Source: an uncultured Planctomycetota bacterium
GTDB lineage: Bacteria > Planctomycetota > PLA2 > JAEUHO01
Direction: 5' to 3'
DNA: 64,000 bases
Assembly (NCBI GenBank): GCA_963752285.1
Contig: CAVVXN010000005.1
Location: forward strand, 192,001-256,000
The position numbers and the translations under genes are program-made. The notes under the pieces were generated by a model. That model saw only the letters and a list, made by a program, of their open reading frames with translations. It searched no databases and had not been told where the DNA came from. Of the stretch, positions 31,392 through 41,605 are shown one piece after another. Position 1 is the first letter of the stretch, and every line of letters begins with the position of its first letter.

Positions 31392-33332
31392 GTGCGCTAC
31401 GTCGTCGTCGCCGCGCCGCCGGCCGTCCGGACCGTCGAGGATCTCGAACACCTCCCTGCCGTCGCGGACCTGGTCGAGCTTCGCCTCGACCTGCTTCCGG
31501 ACGGACTCGACGAGGAGGGCGTGCGGCGGTGGGTCCGCGCGTGCCCCCGTCCCGTGCTCGCGACCGTGCGCAGCCGCGGCGAGGGGGGCCGCTTCGGCGG
31601 GACGCCCGAGGCGGCGGCCCGTCTCCTCGCCGTGGCCGCGGGCGCGGGGGCCGCGGTCGTGGACGTGGAGGTCCCGGTCGTTCCCTTCCTCCGCTCGCTC
31701 CCGCCCACGACCGACACGGTCGTGTCGCGTCACGGAGAGGGGGCCTTCGAGACGGCGCTCCCCGACGAGGTCGCCGGTCGCCCCGCGGGTCACCTGAAGG
31801 CGGCCGCCTGGGTGGCGACGCCCGCCGACCTCGAACGCCTCCGGGGTGCCCGTCGCGCCCCTTCGTCCGTCCCTCGGACGCTCGTCCCCTATGGTCCGCT
31901 GGGCGCGCTCCGCGGGGCGTTCGCCGGGCCTGGTGACCTGCTCTACGGGAACGCGGACGGCGTCGGCACCGTGCCGGGTCAGCCTCCCCTCCTGGCGCTG
32001 CTGGACGAGCTCCGCGCGGGCGAGGTGGGGGCCGAGGCGCGCCTCTTCGGCCTGCTCGGGCGCCCGCCGTCCCGCTCGCCGTCACCCGCGATGCACAACG
32101 CCGTGTTCCGGTACCTCGACCGGGACGCGGTCTATGTCCCGGTCGAGGACCTGGATCCCGCCGCGGCCCTCGCCCTGCCCTTCGACGGGTTCAGCGTGAC
32201 GACGCCCTACAAGGACGAGGCGCTCGGTCTCGCGGACTCGGCCGACGACCGCGCCCGCCGGATCGGCGCCGCGAACACGCTGCTCCGGGGGCCGGCCGGG
32301 GGGTGGCACGCTGCGAACACCGACGCGGACGCCGTTGCGGACCTCGTGCCCTCCGCGCCCCCGGGCGCCGGGGCGTTCGTCTACGGAGCGGGCGGCTTCG
32401 CGCGCGCCGCGGCGCTCGTGCTCGTCGAGAAGGGCTACGACGTGCGCGTCGGTGGACGCGACACGGAGCGCGCGCTCGCCGTCGCCGAGGCGGTGGGGGC
32501 GCGCGCGGCCGGCGACCGGTACGCCCGCGTCGAGTCCGACCGCGTGCTGGTGAACGCGACGCCCGCCGGCGTGCGGGGCGAGGCGCCCTCACCGCTCCTC
32601 GCGTCGCCGCTCGCGGGCCTCCTGGTGCTCGACGCCCCGTACGCGGCCGCGGGTCGGCCCACCGGGCTCGCCGTCGCCGCGCGCGCCGCGGGGGCCGAGC
32701 TCGTGGACGGAAGGAGCCTTCTCGTGGCGCAGGCGCGCGGCCAGGCGGAGCGCTTCGCCGGCGTCCGCGCGGACGACGGGGTGCTCCGTCTCGCGTGCGA
32801 TCCGCCAGAGGCGCTCGTCCTCCTCGGTCTTCGGGGCGCGGGCAAGTCTACGGTCGGGCGCGCGGTCGCCCGACGCCTCGGGCGTCCGTGCCTCGACCTC
32901 GACGAGGAGGTGCGTCGCGCTACGGGACGATCGCCCGCCGACTGGATCCGTGACGAAGGCGAGGGTGCGTTCCGCGAGGTCGAGGCCGCCGCGCTGGCGC
33001 GCCACGCCGCGCGGCGTGGACTCGTGATCGCCGCGGGCGGCGGGGTCACGGAGCGCCCGTCCTCGGTTCGCCTGCTCCGGTCCGAGACGTGGCCCGTGTG
33101 GCTCGATCTGCCGGCCGAGGCAGCGGCGGCGCGCGTCCGCGCCTCGGGGGAGGTGCGCCCCCGGCTCGCGGGCACGGCGTCGGAGGAGGAGGAGGCACGG
33201 CTCCTGCTCGCGCGCCGCGCGCCGGCGTGGACGACCCTCGCTCGCGCGCGCGTGGACGCGACCCGGCCCGTCCCCGACGTGGCCCGGCGGATCGCGTCTC
33301 TCTGGGCTTCGAGCCGCGTCCGGTCGCCTTGA
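31392..33332 (+). CDS. aroE: Trifunctional type I 3-dehydroquinate dehydratase / shikimate dehydrogenase / shikimate kinase (AroD-AroE-AroK fusion)
   Basis: ADLVELRLDLL, ATVRSRGEGG, VDVE, SRH, LKAA (AroD); SPSPAMHN, SVTTPYK, IGAANT, NTD, GAGGFAR, NATPAG (AroE); GLRGAGKST, DLD, GEGAFREVE, AGGG (AroK). Confidence 0.88.
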   Translation: MRYVVVAAPPAVRTVEDLEHLPAVADLVELRLDLLPDGLDEEGVRRWVRACPRPVLATVRSRGEGGRFGGTPEAAARLLAVAAGAGAAVVDVEVPVVPFLRSLPPTTDTVVSRHGEGAFETALPDEVAGRPAGHLKAAAWVATPADLERLRGARRAPSSVPRTLVPYGPLGALRGAFAGPGDLLYGNADGVGTVPGQPPLLALLDELRAGEVGAEARLFGLLGRPPSRSPSPAMHNAVFRYLDRDAVYVPVEDLDPAAALALPFDGFSVTTPYKDEALGLADSADDRARRIGAANTLLRGPAGGWHAANTDADAVADLVPSAPPGAGAFVYGAGGFARAAALVLVEKGYDVRVGGRDTERALAVAEAVGARAAGDRYARVESDRVLVNATPAGVRGEAPSPLLASPLAGLLVLDAPYAAAGRPTGLAVAARAAGAELVDGRSLLVAQARGQAERFAGVRADDGVLRLACDPPEALVLLGLRGAGKSTVGRAVARRLGRPCLDLDEEVRRATGRSPADWIRDEGEGAFREVEAAALARHAARRGLVIAAGGGVTERPSSVRLLRSETWPVWLDLPAEAAAARVRASGEVRPRLAGTASEEEEARLLLARRAPAWTTLARARVDATRPVPDVARRIASLWASSRVRSP

Positions 33333-33356
33333 CGCTGGCAGGGGGCGGCGTAGACT
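33329..33356 (+). promoter_or_regulatory. Putative sigma70-type promoter
   Basis: TTGACG-N16-TAGACT upstream of the 33471 gene. Confidence 0.5.
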
Positions 33357-33470
33357 CCGACTGGTTCGCGCCCCGGGCCCGCGCGCACCGCGGGGGACGA
33401 TCGGTCGGCCGGTGCGAGTCGCGCCCTCGAACCGGTTCCACGGCGAACCACGGCGGCTCTGGAATCTCGC

Positions 33471-35963
33471 GTGGACTGCGAACGCCGACAGTCTCCTCTT
33501 CTCGTGGCGATCGCCGGTGCGGGTCTCGTGCTGGGGGTCTCGCTGGGCCCGAGGTGGGTTTCGTCCGCCGTCGCCGCGCCCGAAGGCGCCGACGTGCCGG
33601 TCGCACCCCCGCCCGGCCCCGCCGCGCCGCCCGCGGCCGAGGAAGACCTCTTCCAGAAGCTCCTCGCGGCGCAGGGCGACGGCGAGTGGCGCGGCATCCT
33701 GAAGCGCATCCTGAAGGAGAAGGACGGCGTCTGGCTCGGCCAAGTCCTCGGCGGGCTCTTCCGAGATCGAGCGCTCTACGCCGACAAGGCGGCGCTGGTC
33801 GCGTACACCGCCGCCTACCTCTGCGACGACCACGACCACGCCAAGGTCCTGCTCGGCGAGGACATCGTGCGTCGTGCGTTCCGCGATCCCACGTTCCTCG
33901 CGGCGCTGCGGCGCCATCTCACGGCGGGGGAGGGCGGCTGGTCCCGCCTGCTCGACATCGCGCGCGGGATGCTCTCGTCCACCGATCCCCGCGCGCGCGC
34001 GGTCGCGGCGTGGTTCCTGAGCTGCGAGGACGGCGACCTCCGCGAAGCGCTGCGCAAGGACCTCGTCGGCCAGGCCAAGGCCGACCTGCCGTTCCTGGCG
34101 ACCGCCGACCCGAACGCGTCCGAGCTCGCGTCGGCGTACCTGGACGCGTTCCAGCAGCTCTTCGCGTACCGGTTCGCGTCCGTCGAGGAGGCCGTCACGA
34201 CGCTCGAGAGCCTGGCGGGCCTCGATCTCGCGAGCGTGAACGCAGAGCTCTCGCGACGGAAGGACGCGCCCACGTCGCAGATGGGCAGGAAGCTCCTCGA
34301 GTACGGCAAGCGTCTCGTGGACGCCGCGGTCCAGTCGGGCAACCTCGACGACTTCGAGGAGTTCCTCGACCCGGCCCGGACGCAGATGCGGGAGCTCCGG
34401 CGCTACGCGGTCCAGAAGGTCGCCGCGCTGAGCCCCCGTGCGGATCCCGCCTGGACGAGGATCCTGGCGCTCATCCTGAGGGGTGAGGACGACGCGCAGA
34501 CCCTGAAACGCGCGCTCGACATCCTGGACGGCGTGGCCTTCGCGGAGGTCCCGGACGAGGCGCGGAAGCTCTCGTCGGCCATCGCGAGGCGCCTGCTGGA
34601 GCGCGGCCCGGACGGGCTCCGGGAGCGCGACGCCATCGACGACCGCGTGAAGATGGCCAAGGACCTGGGCGTCCTGCGCCAGCGAACGCCCGAGATCGAC
34701 CAGATCCTCGCGCAGTCGGGCTCCATGTCGCAGCCCGTGCTCGTCGAGGTGGTGCGCTCCCTCGGCAGCCTCGCGGGCGCGAACGCGAAGGAGCTCGGCT
34801 CGATCTACGCCGAGGCGAAGGGCGGCGACGACCGCGCGCAGGCGGTCCGCGCGGCGGTGATGGACGCGCTCGGTCGCCCCGGGCTCCGGACGAGCCCCGA
34901 CGAGACCGTCGCCGCGGCCGCCCTCCTGCGCGAGGTGTTGACCGGAGAGGGTGCGGAGGGGGTCGGACGCGCCGCCTCGACCACGGTGCGCAAGGCGGCG
35001 CTGCGGAGCCTCGGCTCGTATCCCGGCGCGCAGACCGCGGAGGTGCTCCGTCGCTACGCGCTGGGCGACGACGCCGACGAGGCGAAGGTCGCGATCGTCG
35101 TCCTCGGCAAGGCGGCGTTCCAGGACGACGCGGCGGTCGGCGCGCTGGCCGACATCGCGCGGAGCGACACCACGCCCGTGGACCGGAGGACGCAGGCGCT
35201 CCAGTCCCTCGCCGCGCTCGGGCACGGGGCGCCGGCGGGCCGTCTCTCCGTCGCGCACGACGTGGTGACGGCGCTCCTCGCCTCGAAGACCGCGCAGCCG
35301 GAGGTCCGGTTCGAGGCGGCCAAGACCGCCGCGTCGCTCGGCGACGCCGCGGCGCTCGGCGACGTGGCCGACTTCTGGCTCGAGGACCCGTCGCGGCCCG
35401 TCGGAACCGGAGCGCTCGCGGACCTGATCGAGGACGCGGCGCGCGCCGACGACACGCACGACGACCAGATCGCCGAGGTGCTCCTCGACAAGGTCTTGAA
35501 GAAGGCGCCGTGGTCGGGTGTGGACGAACTGTCCGCGAGGCTCGTCCAGCAGCACGCGCGAAACGGGCTCCGTCTCGCGCGCGCGAAGCTGCTGTTCGAG
35601 CGCGCCACGACCGCCGACCTGTCGTCGGCGGAGGCGCAGGCGTCGCTCGAGCCGGCGGACCAGTTGCTCGTGGCCGTGCTCGGGGCCGACCCGAAGGACG
35701 ACGCGACCGGGGCGCTCCCGCTCCGCGTGAAGGTGCAGATCGCGCTCGGCTCGCTCGCGCCCGACGACGCGACGCGCAAGGGGCACCTCCTCCTCGCGGT
35801 GCAGCTCGCGGCGAAGAGCGGACAGGCCGAGACGGCCAAGCTCGGTCGGGGCGCCGCCGACACGCTCGCTCAGCCGCCGCTCCTCGCCCTCCTGACGCCC
35901 GAGGAGAAGAGCCGCCTCGACCAGGACCACGCGGCGATCGACCGGGTGCTCAAGGGCTCCTGA
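33471..35963 (+). CDS. Exported HEAT/ARM-like repeat protein
   Basis: N-terminal hydrophobic signal; all-helical composition; VRAAVMDALG, VRKAALRSLG, VRFEAAKT. Confidence 0.75.
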   Translation: MDCERRQSPLLVAIAGAGLVLGVSLGPRWVSSAVAAPEGADVPVAPPPGPAAPPAAEEDLFQKLLAAQGDGEWRGILKRILKEKDGVWLGQVLGGLFRDRALYADKAALVAYTAAYLCDDHDHAKVLLGEDIVRRAFRDPTFLAALRRHLTAGEGGWSRLLDIARGMLSSTDPRARAVAAWFLSCEDGDLREALRKDLVGQAKADLPFLATADPNASELASAYLDAFQQLFAYRFASVEEAVTTLESLAGLDLASVNAELSRRKDAPTSQMGRKLLEYGKRLVDAAVQSGNLDDFEEFLDPARTQMRELRRYAVQKVAALSPRADPAWTRILALILRGEDDAQTLKRALDILDGVAFAEVPDEARKLSSAIARRLLERGPDGLRERDAIDDRVKMAKDLGVLRQRTPEIDQILAQSGSMSQPVLVEVVRSLGSLAGANAKELGSIYAEAKGGDDRAQAVRAAVMDALGRPGLRTSPDETVAAAALLREVLTGEGAEGVGRAASTTVRKAALRSLGSYPGAQTAEVLRRYALGDDADEAKVAIVVLGKAAFQDDAAVGALADIARSDTTPVDRRTQALQSLAALGHGAPAGRLSVAHDVVTALLASKTAQPEVRFEAAKTAASLGDAAALGDVADFWLEDPSRPVGTGALADLIEDAARADDTHDDQIAEVLLDKVLKKAPWSGVDELSARLVQQHARNGLRLARAKLLFERATTADLSSAEAQASLEPADQLLVAVLGADPKDDATGALPLRVKVQIALGSLAPDDATRKGHLLLAVQLAAKSGQAETAKLGRGAADTLAQPPLLALLTPEEKSRLDQDHAAIDRVLKGS

Positions 35964-36145
35964 GCCGGGCTCCCGAGCTCGGCCCCCCCGGGGGGGAACG
36001 GCGGCCGCGGTCGGCGCTCCGCCGCGCGAAGCCGGGCCGCACACCGAGCCCATCGACGAGAGGCAGCCCATCGAGAGGGAGTCCGTCGCCGGGTTGCGGG
36101 GGGCGGTGGGCCGGCGCTGGACTCCGGAGCGGTGTCCGTCGGGAC

Positions 36146-37549
36146 CTACCGGTTGTCGGTCGGGGGCTCCTCGTCGCTGCCGCCCGTGATCGACGGGAAC
36201 CGGATCTGGCCGTGCGTCGCCCGCTTCAGGAAGAGGAGCGCGAAGCACGTGTCGAGGACGGCCCGCGGCTCGAGCGTGGTCTTCGTGTCCCACGAGCCGT
36301 CTTCGTTCTGGTGGTTCAGGAGCTGCTGCCCCATCTCGCTGTACCAGAGGTGATTTCCGATCTTCTCGCCACCGATGAGGTCCATCGCACGCTCGACCGA
36401 GTACAGCCAGTAGAGGTGGTAGATGTTCGAGTGGTTCTTCTTGGGGTTCTGGAAGGGGCTCCAGTTCTCCTCGAGCCACGCCATGCCGTCCTCGACCGAC
36501 TGCTGGACCTTCTGGGCGTCCGCGCGAGCGTCCCACACGTCCCGCTTCTTGCCGCCCTCCATGAGGGCGTGGCGCGCCATCATCACGTTCGCGATGCCGC
36601 ACGCGGTCATGCTGCCCACCGCCTGACCCTCCTCGGGGTCGGGCTGTCCCTTGATGTACGCGAACCCCCGCGCCTTGCGGTGGATCTCCTTCCCCGACAG
36701 GGGGTCCTTCGTGACGACCTCGGCGCCGTCGTCGTCCTGCTGGGCCAACGAGAACTTGAGGATGTCCTCCCACACCTCGGGTTTGGTCGAGATGTGCAGG
36801 CGGTCCGCCGCGAACAGCGCCAGCGTCGAGAGCTGCGTGCTGGACAGGTCCTGGTCGCCGCCGGGCGTCGCGCCCGAATTTCCCGTCACGTTGTAGCGCC
36901 AGCCCAGACCCTTCCGCTTCTCGATCAGGTAGTCGTGGAGCTTCTGGGCCCAGCGCCTCTCGGCGCCTCCGAGCTTCAGCTTCTCCTCGTTCTTCTGCGC
37001 CGCCCGGCTCGTCTTGTACGGATCCGCGGTGGCGAGCACGGCGAGGAGGAGGATGCTCGTCTCGTAGGAGCCGGCGGGCTTCTCGTAGTGCTTCTTCAGG
37101 TACTCGAAGCCCTTGCGGACGTGCGGCTCCCGGTCGGACTCCTTGCACTTCAGCATCGTGTAGACGGCGAGCGCCGTGGGACCGGCCGGATGGGGATACA
37201 TGCTCCCCTGCTGTTCCTTCCCGCCGTACGGCTTGCCGCCCGAGATGTTCCCCCAGGACCCGTCGTCCTTCTGGGCCTTCTTCAACCAGTCGAGGCCCTT
37301 GCGGATGGCGTGATCGACCTGCTCCGCGGTGAAGCTCGTCGGCGAGTCGAAGAAGTCGCCTCCGTCGTCGTCGCCGCCGTCCTTTCCGTTGTCGCCGCCG
37401 TCGGGCTTCCCGGGAGGGCCACCTCCGTTCCCGCCGTCGTCACCGGCGACCGCGGAACGCATCGGACCCCCGGGCAGGACGATGCCGCCGAGCCCGACGA
37501 AGAGGAGGAGGGGAAGGAGCCAGACGAGGCCGTGGGCGGAGCGCTTCAT
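36146..37549 (-). CDS. Exported prenyltransferase/squalene-oxidase-repeat protein
   Basis: Signal peptide; AIRKGLDWLKKAQKDDGSW; DLSSTQLSTLAL; GSMTACG; YWLYSVER; HQNEDGSW; TCFALLFL. Confidence 0.85.
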   Translation of the reverse strand: MKRSAHGLVWLLPLLLFVGLGGIVLPGGPMRSAVAGDDGGNGGGPPGKPDGGDNGKDGGDDDGGDFFDSPTSFTAEQVDHAIRKGLDWLKKAQKDDGSWGNISGGKPYGGKEQQGSMYPHPAGPTALAVYTMLKCKESDREPHVRKGFEYLKKHYEKPAGSYETSILLLAVLATADPYKTSRAAQKNEEKLKLGGAERRWAQKLHDYLIEKRKGLGWRYNVTGNSGATPGGDQDLSSTQLSTLALFAADRLHISTKPEVWEDILKFSLAQQDDDGAEVVTKDPLSGKEIHRKARGFAYIKGQPDPEEGQAVGSMTACGIANVMMARHALMEGGKKRDVWDARADAQKVQQSVEDGMAWLEENWSPFQNPKKNHSNIYHLYWLYSVERAMDLIGGEKIGNHLWYSEMGQQLLNHQNEDGSWDTKTTLEPRAVLDTCFALLFLKRATHGQIRFPSITGGSDEEPPTDNR

Positions 37550-37618
37550 GCCAGGAGGATAGCACGGGAGACCCCGTCCAGACCCCCGGCCGGGCACGCG
37601 CCCGGGCGCGCGGAGCGG

Positions 37619-38647
37619 CTACCCGGGCCCCCCCCGGGAGCCGTAGTTCCGCTCCAGGAACGCACGGAGTCCGGGCCCGGCCACGGCCCGGCACCACGCC
37701 GCGTTCTCGCGGTACCAGAGGAGGGTCTGGTCGAGCCCCGGTTCCGGCGCCACGACCGGGCGCCAGTCGAGCGCGCGCCGCGTGGCGCCGTCGTCGAGAC
37801 CGTACCGGCGGTCGTGGGCCGGACGGTCCGCCACGTGTTCGGTCCGCGCCCCCGGCGCGCCGACGCGATCGAGGATCCGGCGGGCCACGTCGAGGTTCGT
37901 CCGGGGCGAACGGCCCGCAAAATGGTGCACGCTCCCGGCCTCGGCGCGCTCGAGCGCGGCGAGGAGGCCGGCGGCGTGGTCGTCCACGTGGATCCAGTCG
38001 CGAACCTGGGCCCCGTCCCCGTAGACCGGCAGCGCTTCCCCCGCGAGGGCGCGCAGCGCGAAGAGCGGGATGAGCTTCTCGGGCAGCTGGCGGGGCCCGT
38101 AGTTGTTCGTGCACCGCGTGATGACGACGTCCTGACCGTGGGAAAGGAACGCCGCGCGCACGAGGAGGTCGGCGGCGGCCTTGCTCGCGCTGTACGGAGA
38201 CGAGGGGGCGAGAGGCGCGTCGGGGGTCGCGTCCGCCCGGCCGTCGCGGTCGCCGTAGACCTCGTCGGTCGAGACCTGCACGAGTCGGATCCCCGCCTCG
38301 CGGCACGCGTCGAGGAGCACCTGCGCCCCCAGCACGTTCGTCCTCACGAACCGCGCCGCCTCGAAGAGGCTCTGGTCCACGTGACTCTCCGCCGCGAGGT
38401 TCACCACGGCGGTGGGGGAGAGCTCCCGGAACACCCGCGCGACGGCGGCCGCGTCGGCGACGTCCCCCTCGACGAACGCGTGCCGGGAGGGATCGGGAAG
38501 CCCCTCCAGGTTCTCGAGGTGCCCGGCGTACGTCAGGAGGTCGAACGTCAGCACACGCCCCGGCGGGCTCGCCTCGAGCGCGCGCCGCACGAAGGCGCTC
38601 CCCACGAACCCGGCGCCGCCGCAGACGAGGAGCCGATCCCGGAACAC
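37619..38647 (-). CDS. rfbB: dTDP-glucose 4,6-dehydratase
   Basis: GGAGFVGS; DLLTYAG; AAESHVD; VSTDEVYG; YSASK; NNYGPRQLPEKLIP; RDWIHVDDH; DRPAHDRRY. Confidence 0.95.
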   Translation of the reverse strand: MFRDRLLVCGGAGFVGSAFVRRALEASPPGRVLTFDLLTYAGHLENLEGLPDPSRHAFVEGDVADAAAVARVFRELSPTAVVNLAAESHVDQSLFEAARFVRTNVLGAQVLLDACREAGIRLVQVSTDEVYGDRDGRADATPDAPLAPSSPYSASKAAADLLVRAAFLSHGQDVVITRCTNNYGPRQLPEKLIPLFALRALAGEALPVYGDGAQVRDWIHVDDHAAGLLAALERAEAGSVHHFAGRSPRTNLDVARRILDRVGAPGARTEHVADRPAHDRRYGLDDGATRRALDWRPVVAPEPGLDQTLLWYRENAAWCRAVAGPGLRAFLERNYGSRGGPG

Positions 38648-38706
38648 GCGGCGAGTCTACCCGTGCGGGGCTCCCGGGCCGTCGGCGCGGTGGGCGCCGG
38701 CCCCCC

Positions 38707-39300
38707 TCAGTGGACCGGACAGGGGTAGCGGCCGTGCGCCTTCAGCCACGCCGCGACCTCGCGCATGCGGGCGCGGTACCGGTACGGCTCCTCGAACGCG
38801 ACGGGCCCGGCGCGCTTCGCGGCCGCGAGGACCGCGGCGGCCTCGTCGGGGAAGCCGTTGTCGCCGAAGTGGCTCACGGTCTCGACCGCGAGTCGCGCCT
38901 CCACGACGAGCACGGAGTAGGAGCGGCCGTCCAGCGCCAGCCACGCGAGGGTACGTCCGTACGGGTCCTTCTGCCGCGCCCGTCGGATCTCGACCTTGCG
39001 CGCCACGGCCAGCGCGCCCTCGAGGAAGCCGGTCGCCTCCTCGCCGAAGGGCTGTCCGTAGGGGATGTCGTGCTGCGGGTGGAAGGTCTCGGGCGTGTCG
39101 ATCCCGAGGAGGCGCACGACCTCCACGCCCTCGGGCCATCGGATGTCGATGGAGTCACCGTCGTCCACCGTGACGAGGTCTTTCGGCACGTTCACGGCGG
39201 GCGGCGGCTTCTCGTCGCCCGCGTCGGCACGAGACCCCGTGCCGGCGAGCAGGAACGACCCGATCGACCCGAGCAGCAACGCGAGAACGACGAGGCGCAT
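38707..39300 (-). CDS. Exported thermonuclease (SNase) family protein
   Basis: Signal peptide; DDGDSI, VRLLGIDTPE, QPFGEEA, DPYGRTLAW. Confidence 0.85.
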   Translation of the reverse strand: MRLVVLALLLGSIGSFLLAGTGSRADAGDEKPPPAVNVPKDLVTVDDGDSIDIRWPEGVEVVRLLGIDTPETFHPQHDIPYGQPFGEEATGFLEGALAVARKVEIRRARQKDPYGRTLAWLALDGRSYSVLVVEARLAVETVSHFGDNGFPDEAAAVLAAAKRAGPVAFEEPYRYRARMREVAAWLKAHGRYPCPVH

Positions 39301-39435
39301 GATCCCTCCGGCAACGGGTCCGCCGCCGAGTCTACGGACGACCTCCGTCACTCCGGCCCGCGACGCGCTCGCCGCGCCGTTCCTGGCCCCGGCCTCCGCC
39401 CCGGCGTACGCTCCGCCCCTCCCCAGGAGGCCGGC

Positions 39436-39708
39436 GTGGCATCCGAGAAGGTCTACGAGGTCGAGGTCCCGGAGTCGCTCTCGCTCGAGGAGGGGCTCCA
39501 CGAGGCGCGCGCACGCGCACGCGGCGTGGGCATCCGCCTCGAGGGCGACGTCACCGGCGGGACCTTCTCCGGTCCGGCCGAGGGCCGATACACGGTCTCC
39601 GGCCGCCGGCTCCGCCTCGAGGTCTCCAAGAAGCCGGCCTTCGTGCCCTGGGCGCTCGTCGAGTCGGGCCTGCGGAAGGTGTTCGGGAACGCCACGCCCG
39701 CCTCGTGA
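39436..39708 (+). CDS. Small hypothetical protein (possibly polyhydroxyalkanoate-system-protein-like)
   Basis: AGGAGG RBS at 39425-39430, GTG start, 90 aa with good codon usage (GRYTVSGRRLRLEVSKKPAFVPWALVE). Confidence 0.6.
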   Translation: MASEKVYEVEVPESLSLEEGLHEARARARGVGIRLEGDVTGGTFSGPAEGRYTVSGRRLRLEVSKKPAFVPWALVESGLRKVFGNATPAS

Positions 39709-39857
39709 GGCCCGTGAGGCCGTGGGACCCGTGCGCCTCGTGAGGTCCCTGGCGCAGGACTCCGCTCCGGCGGCCCGGTTCGGCCCCGCGCGGTCCACCG
39801 CGTAGAATCCGGCGGGAGCCCGCCCTGCGCCGCGCCGTCGCGATCCTCCGTCTCCTC

Positions 39858-41456
39858 GTGCTGGGGCTCGCCCTCTCCCTGGCCGGGGGCGGCCTCGCCC
39901 CCGGCGTCGCGCGCGCCGGCGACGACGCCTCGGCCGCGCCCGCGCCGGACGACTTCCAGCCCGCACCCGACCCGAAGACGCGGCCCGGGCCGGACGCGAC
40001 GCTGTTCGGGGAGGCGGCGGACCTCCAGGGGAAGGGTCGCTACGTGGAGGCGCGTCGGCGCTTCTGGCGCCTCCTCGACGAGTACCCGGACTCGCCGTAC
40101 GCCCCGGAGGCGCGCGACCGGTCCGATCCGAATGCCTTCCTCGGCGTCACGCGGATGACCCCGGCCGCGCCCGCGTCGAACCGCATCGACGTCGCGCTGA
40201 TGGGGGACGGGTACCTCCTGTCGCGACAGGATCGATTCGACAAGGCCGCGGTGGCACACCTGAAGGTCCTCTTGCACGAGCCGGTGTTCGCGGAATACGC
40301 GTCCTACTTCGCGTTTTGGCGCTTCAACCTCGCGAGCCAGGAGACGGGCGTGGACGAGGTCGAGGCGCCCCCGGCGGACGAGGAGGAGGCGGCGCGTCTC
40401 CAGAAGCACCCACGTCGCGTGCGCACGTTCTCCACCGCCCTCGACTGCAAGGCCGCGGGACCGCAGGGGCAGGTGATGGCGAGCCCGGAGCGGGTCGCGC
40501 ACTACCTCTCGTACCTCCCCGAGAACGACGGTCTCGCGCTGGTCTTCGCGCGGCTCGGCCAGCTCGGCATGGGCGGGATGGGCATCGCCACGACCGCGCC
40601 GCGCGGGGTCGTCGTGCACGAGTTCGGGCACGCGTTCGCAGGTCTGCTCGACGAGTACGCGATCTACCCGGGGGAGCCCTCGGGACAGGTGGACTCGGCC
40701 AACACGACGACGCGGCCCGACCGCCCGCCCTGGCAGCACTTCCTCGACCACAAGGTGCCGGGCGTGGGCGTGTACGAGGGCGGCGCCACGTTCCAGAAGG
40801 GCGTGTGGCGGCCCGCCGTCACCTGCGCCATGAACACGGGGGGCGGCGCGTACTGTCCCGTCTGCCGCGAGGCGACGCTCCTCACGATCTACACGTACGT
40901 GAGCCCGATCGACCAGGTGACTCCCGACGCGAAGGAGGTCGTGCGCGGCCCGGACGGGTGGCCTCCGATCGAGGTCGTGCCCATGCAGCCCGCGACGCAC
41001 GACCTCGAGGTGGAGTTCCGCCTCGGTCCCGCGCCGGAGGTCACGCCGAAGACCGACCCGGGCGACACGCCCGAGGACCGGTTCGGCGACGAGCTCCTGA
41101 CGCCGGCCGAGCGCGAGATGTGGAAGCGCATCCAGGAGCGCCGGAAGGCGGAGGGGCGGAGCGCGGCGCTGCCCGAGCTCCTCCCCTCGACGCAAAGACG
41201 CCGCGCCGAGGGCACCGCCGGGGACCCCCCGCCGCCCGGGGACGCCCTCCGGTCGCGGCGGCGGCACGACCGCGAACGCGGCGTGGACGTCGTGACGCCG
41301 GTGCTCCCCGACCTCGCGCCGGGGCGTTGGCTCCTGACCGTCCGCGTCCAAGACGACGCCAGGCCGCGCGGCGCGAAGTTCCCCTGGGTGCTCAGGGACC
41401 CGCGCGGCCTCCTCGAGGCGCGGCACGCCTGGATCCTCGTGGTCCCCGCGCCGTAG
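39858..41456 (+). CDS. M64 (IgA peptidase-like) family exported metallopeptidase
   Basis: NRIDVALMGDGY; HEFGHAFAGLLDEY zinc motif; GVYEGG...GVWRP..CAM....YCPVC. Confidence 0.88.
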   Translation: MLGLALSLAGGGLAPGVARAGDDASAAPAPDDFQPAPDPKTRPGPDATLFGEAADLQGKGRYVEARRRFWRLLDEYPDSPYAPEARDRSDPNAFLGVTRMTPAAPASNRIDVALMGDGYLLSRQDRFDKAAVAHLKVLLHEPVFAEYASYFAFWRFNLASQETGVDEVEAPPADEEEAARLQKHPRRVRTFSTALDCKAAGPQGQVMASPERVAHYLSYLPENDGLALVFARLGQLGMGGMGIATTAPRGVVVHEFGHAFAGLLDEYAIYPGEPSGQVDSANTTTRPDRPPWQHFLDHKVPGVGVYEGGATFQKGVWRPAVTCAMNTGGGAYCPVCREATLLTIYTYVSPIDQVTPDAKEVVRGPDGWPPIEVVPMQPATHDLEVEFRLGPAPEVTPKTDPGDTPEDRFGDELLTPAEREMWKRIQERRKAEGRSAALPELLPSTQRRRAEGTAGDPPPPGDALRSRRRHDRERGVDVVTPVLPDLAPGRWLLTVRVQDDARPRGAKFPWVLRDPRGLLEARHAWILVVPAP

Positions 41457-41605
41457 CCCCGTGCGCTCGTGGACCGCGCGGCGCCCGGCCGGGGGGCGCC
41501 CGGGGGCGGCCGGCCGGACGGAGGGCGCCCCGCGCCGCGTGGACCGTGAGCGGGACATCCGGGCTACCCTGTGGTTCAATTCGGGTTGGAGTCGGAGACC
41601 CGACC

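Noticed and set aside
35964..36145. Short direct repeat (agcccatcga x2) and C7G7 palindrome between convergent genes
   Set aside because: Too short and isolated to call; may contribute to termination but no clear stem-loop with U-tract.
36146..37549. Squalene-hopene cyclase
   Set aside because: Too short, has a signal peptide and lacks the DxDD catalytic motif.
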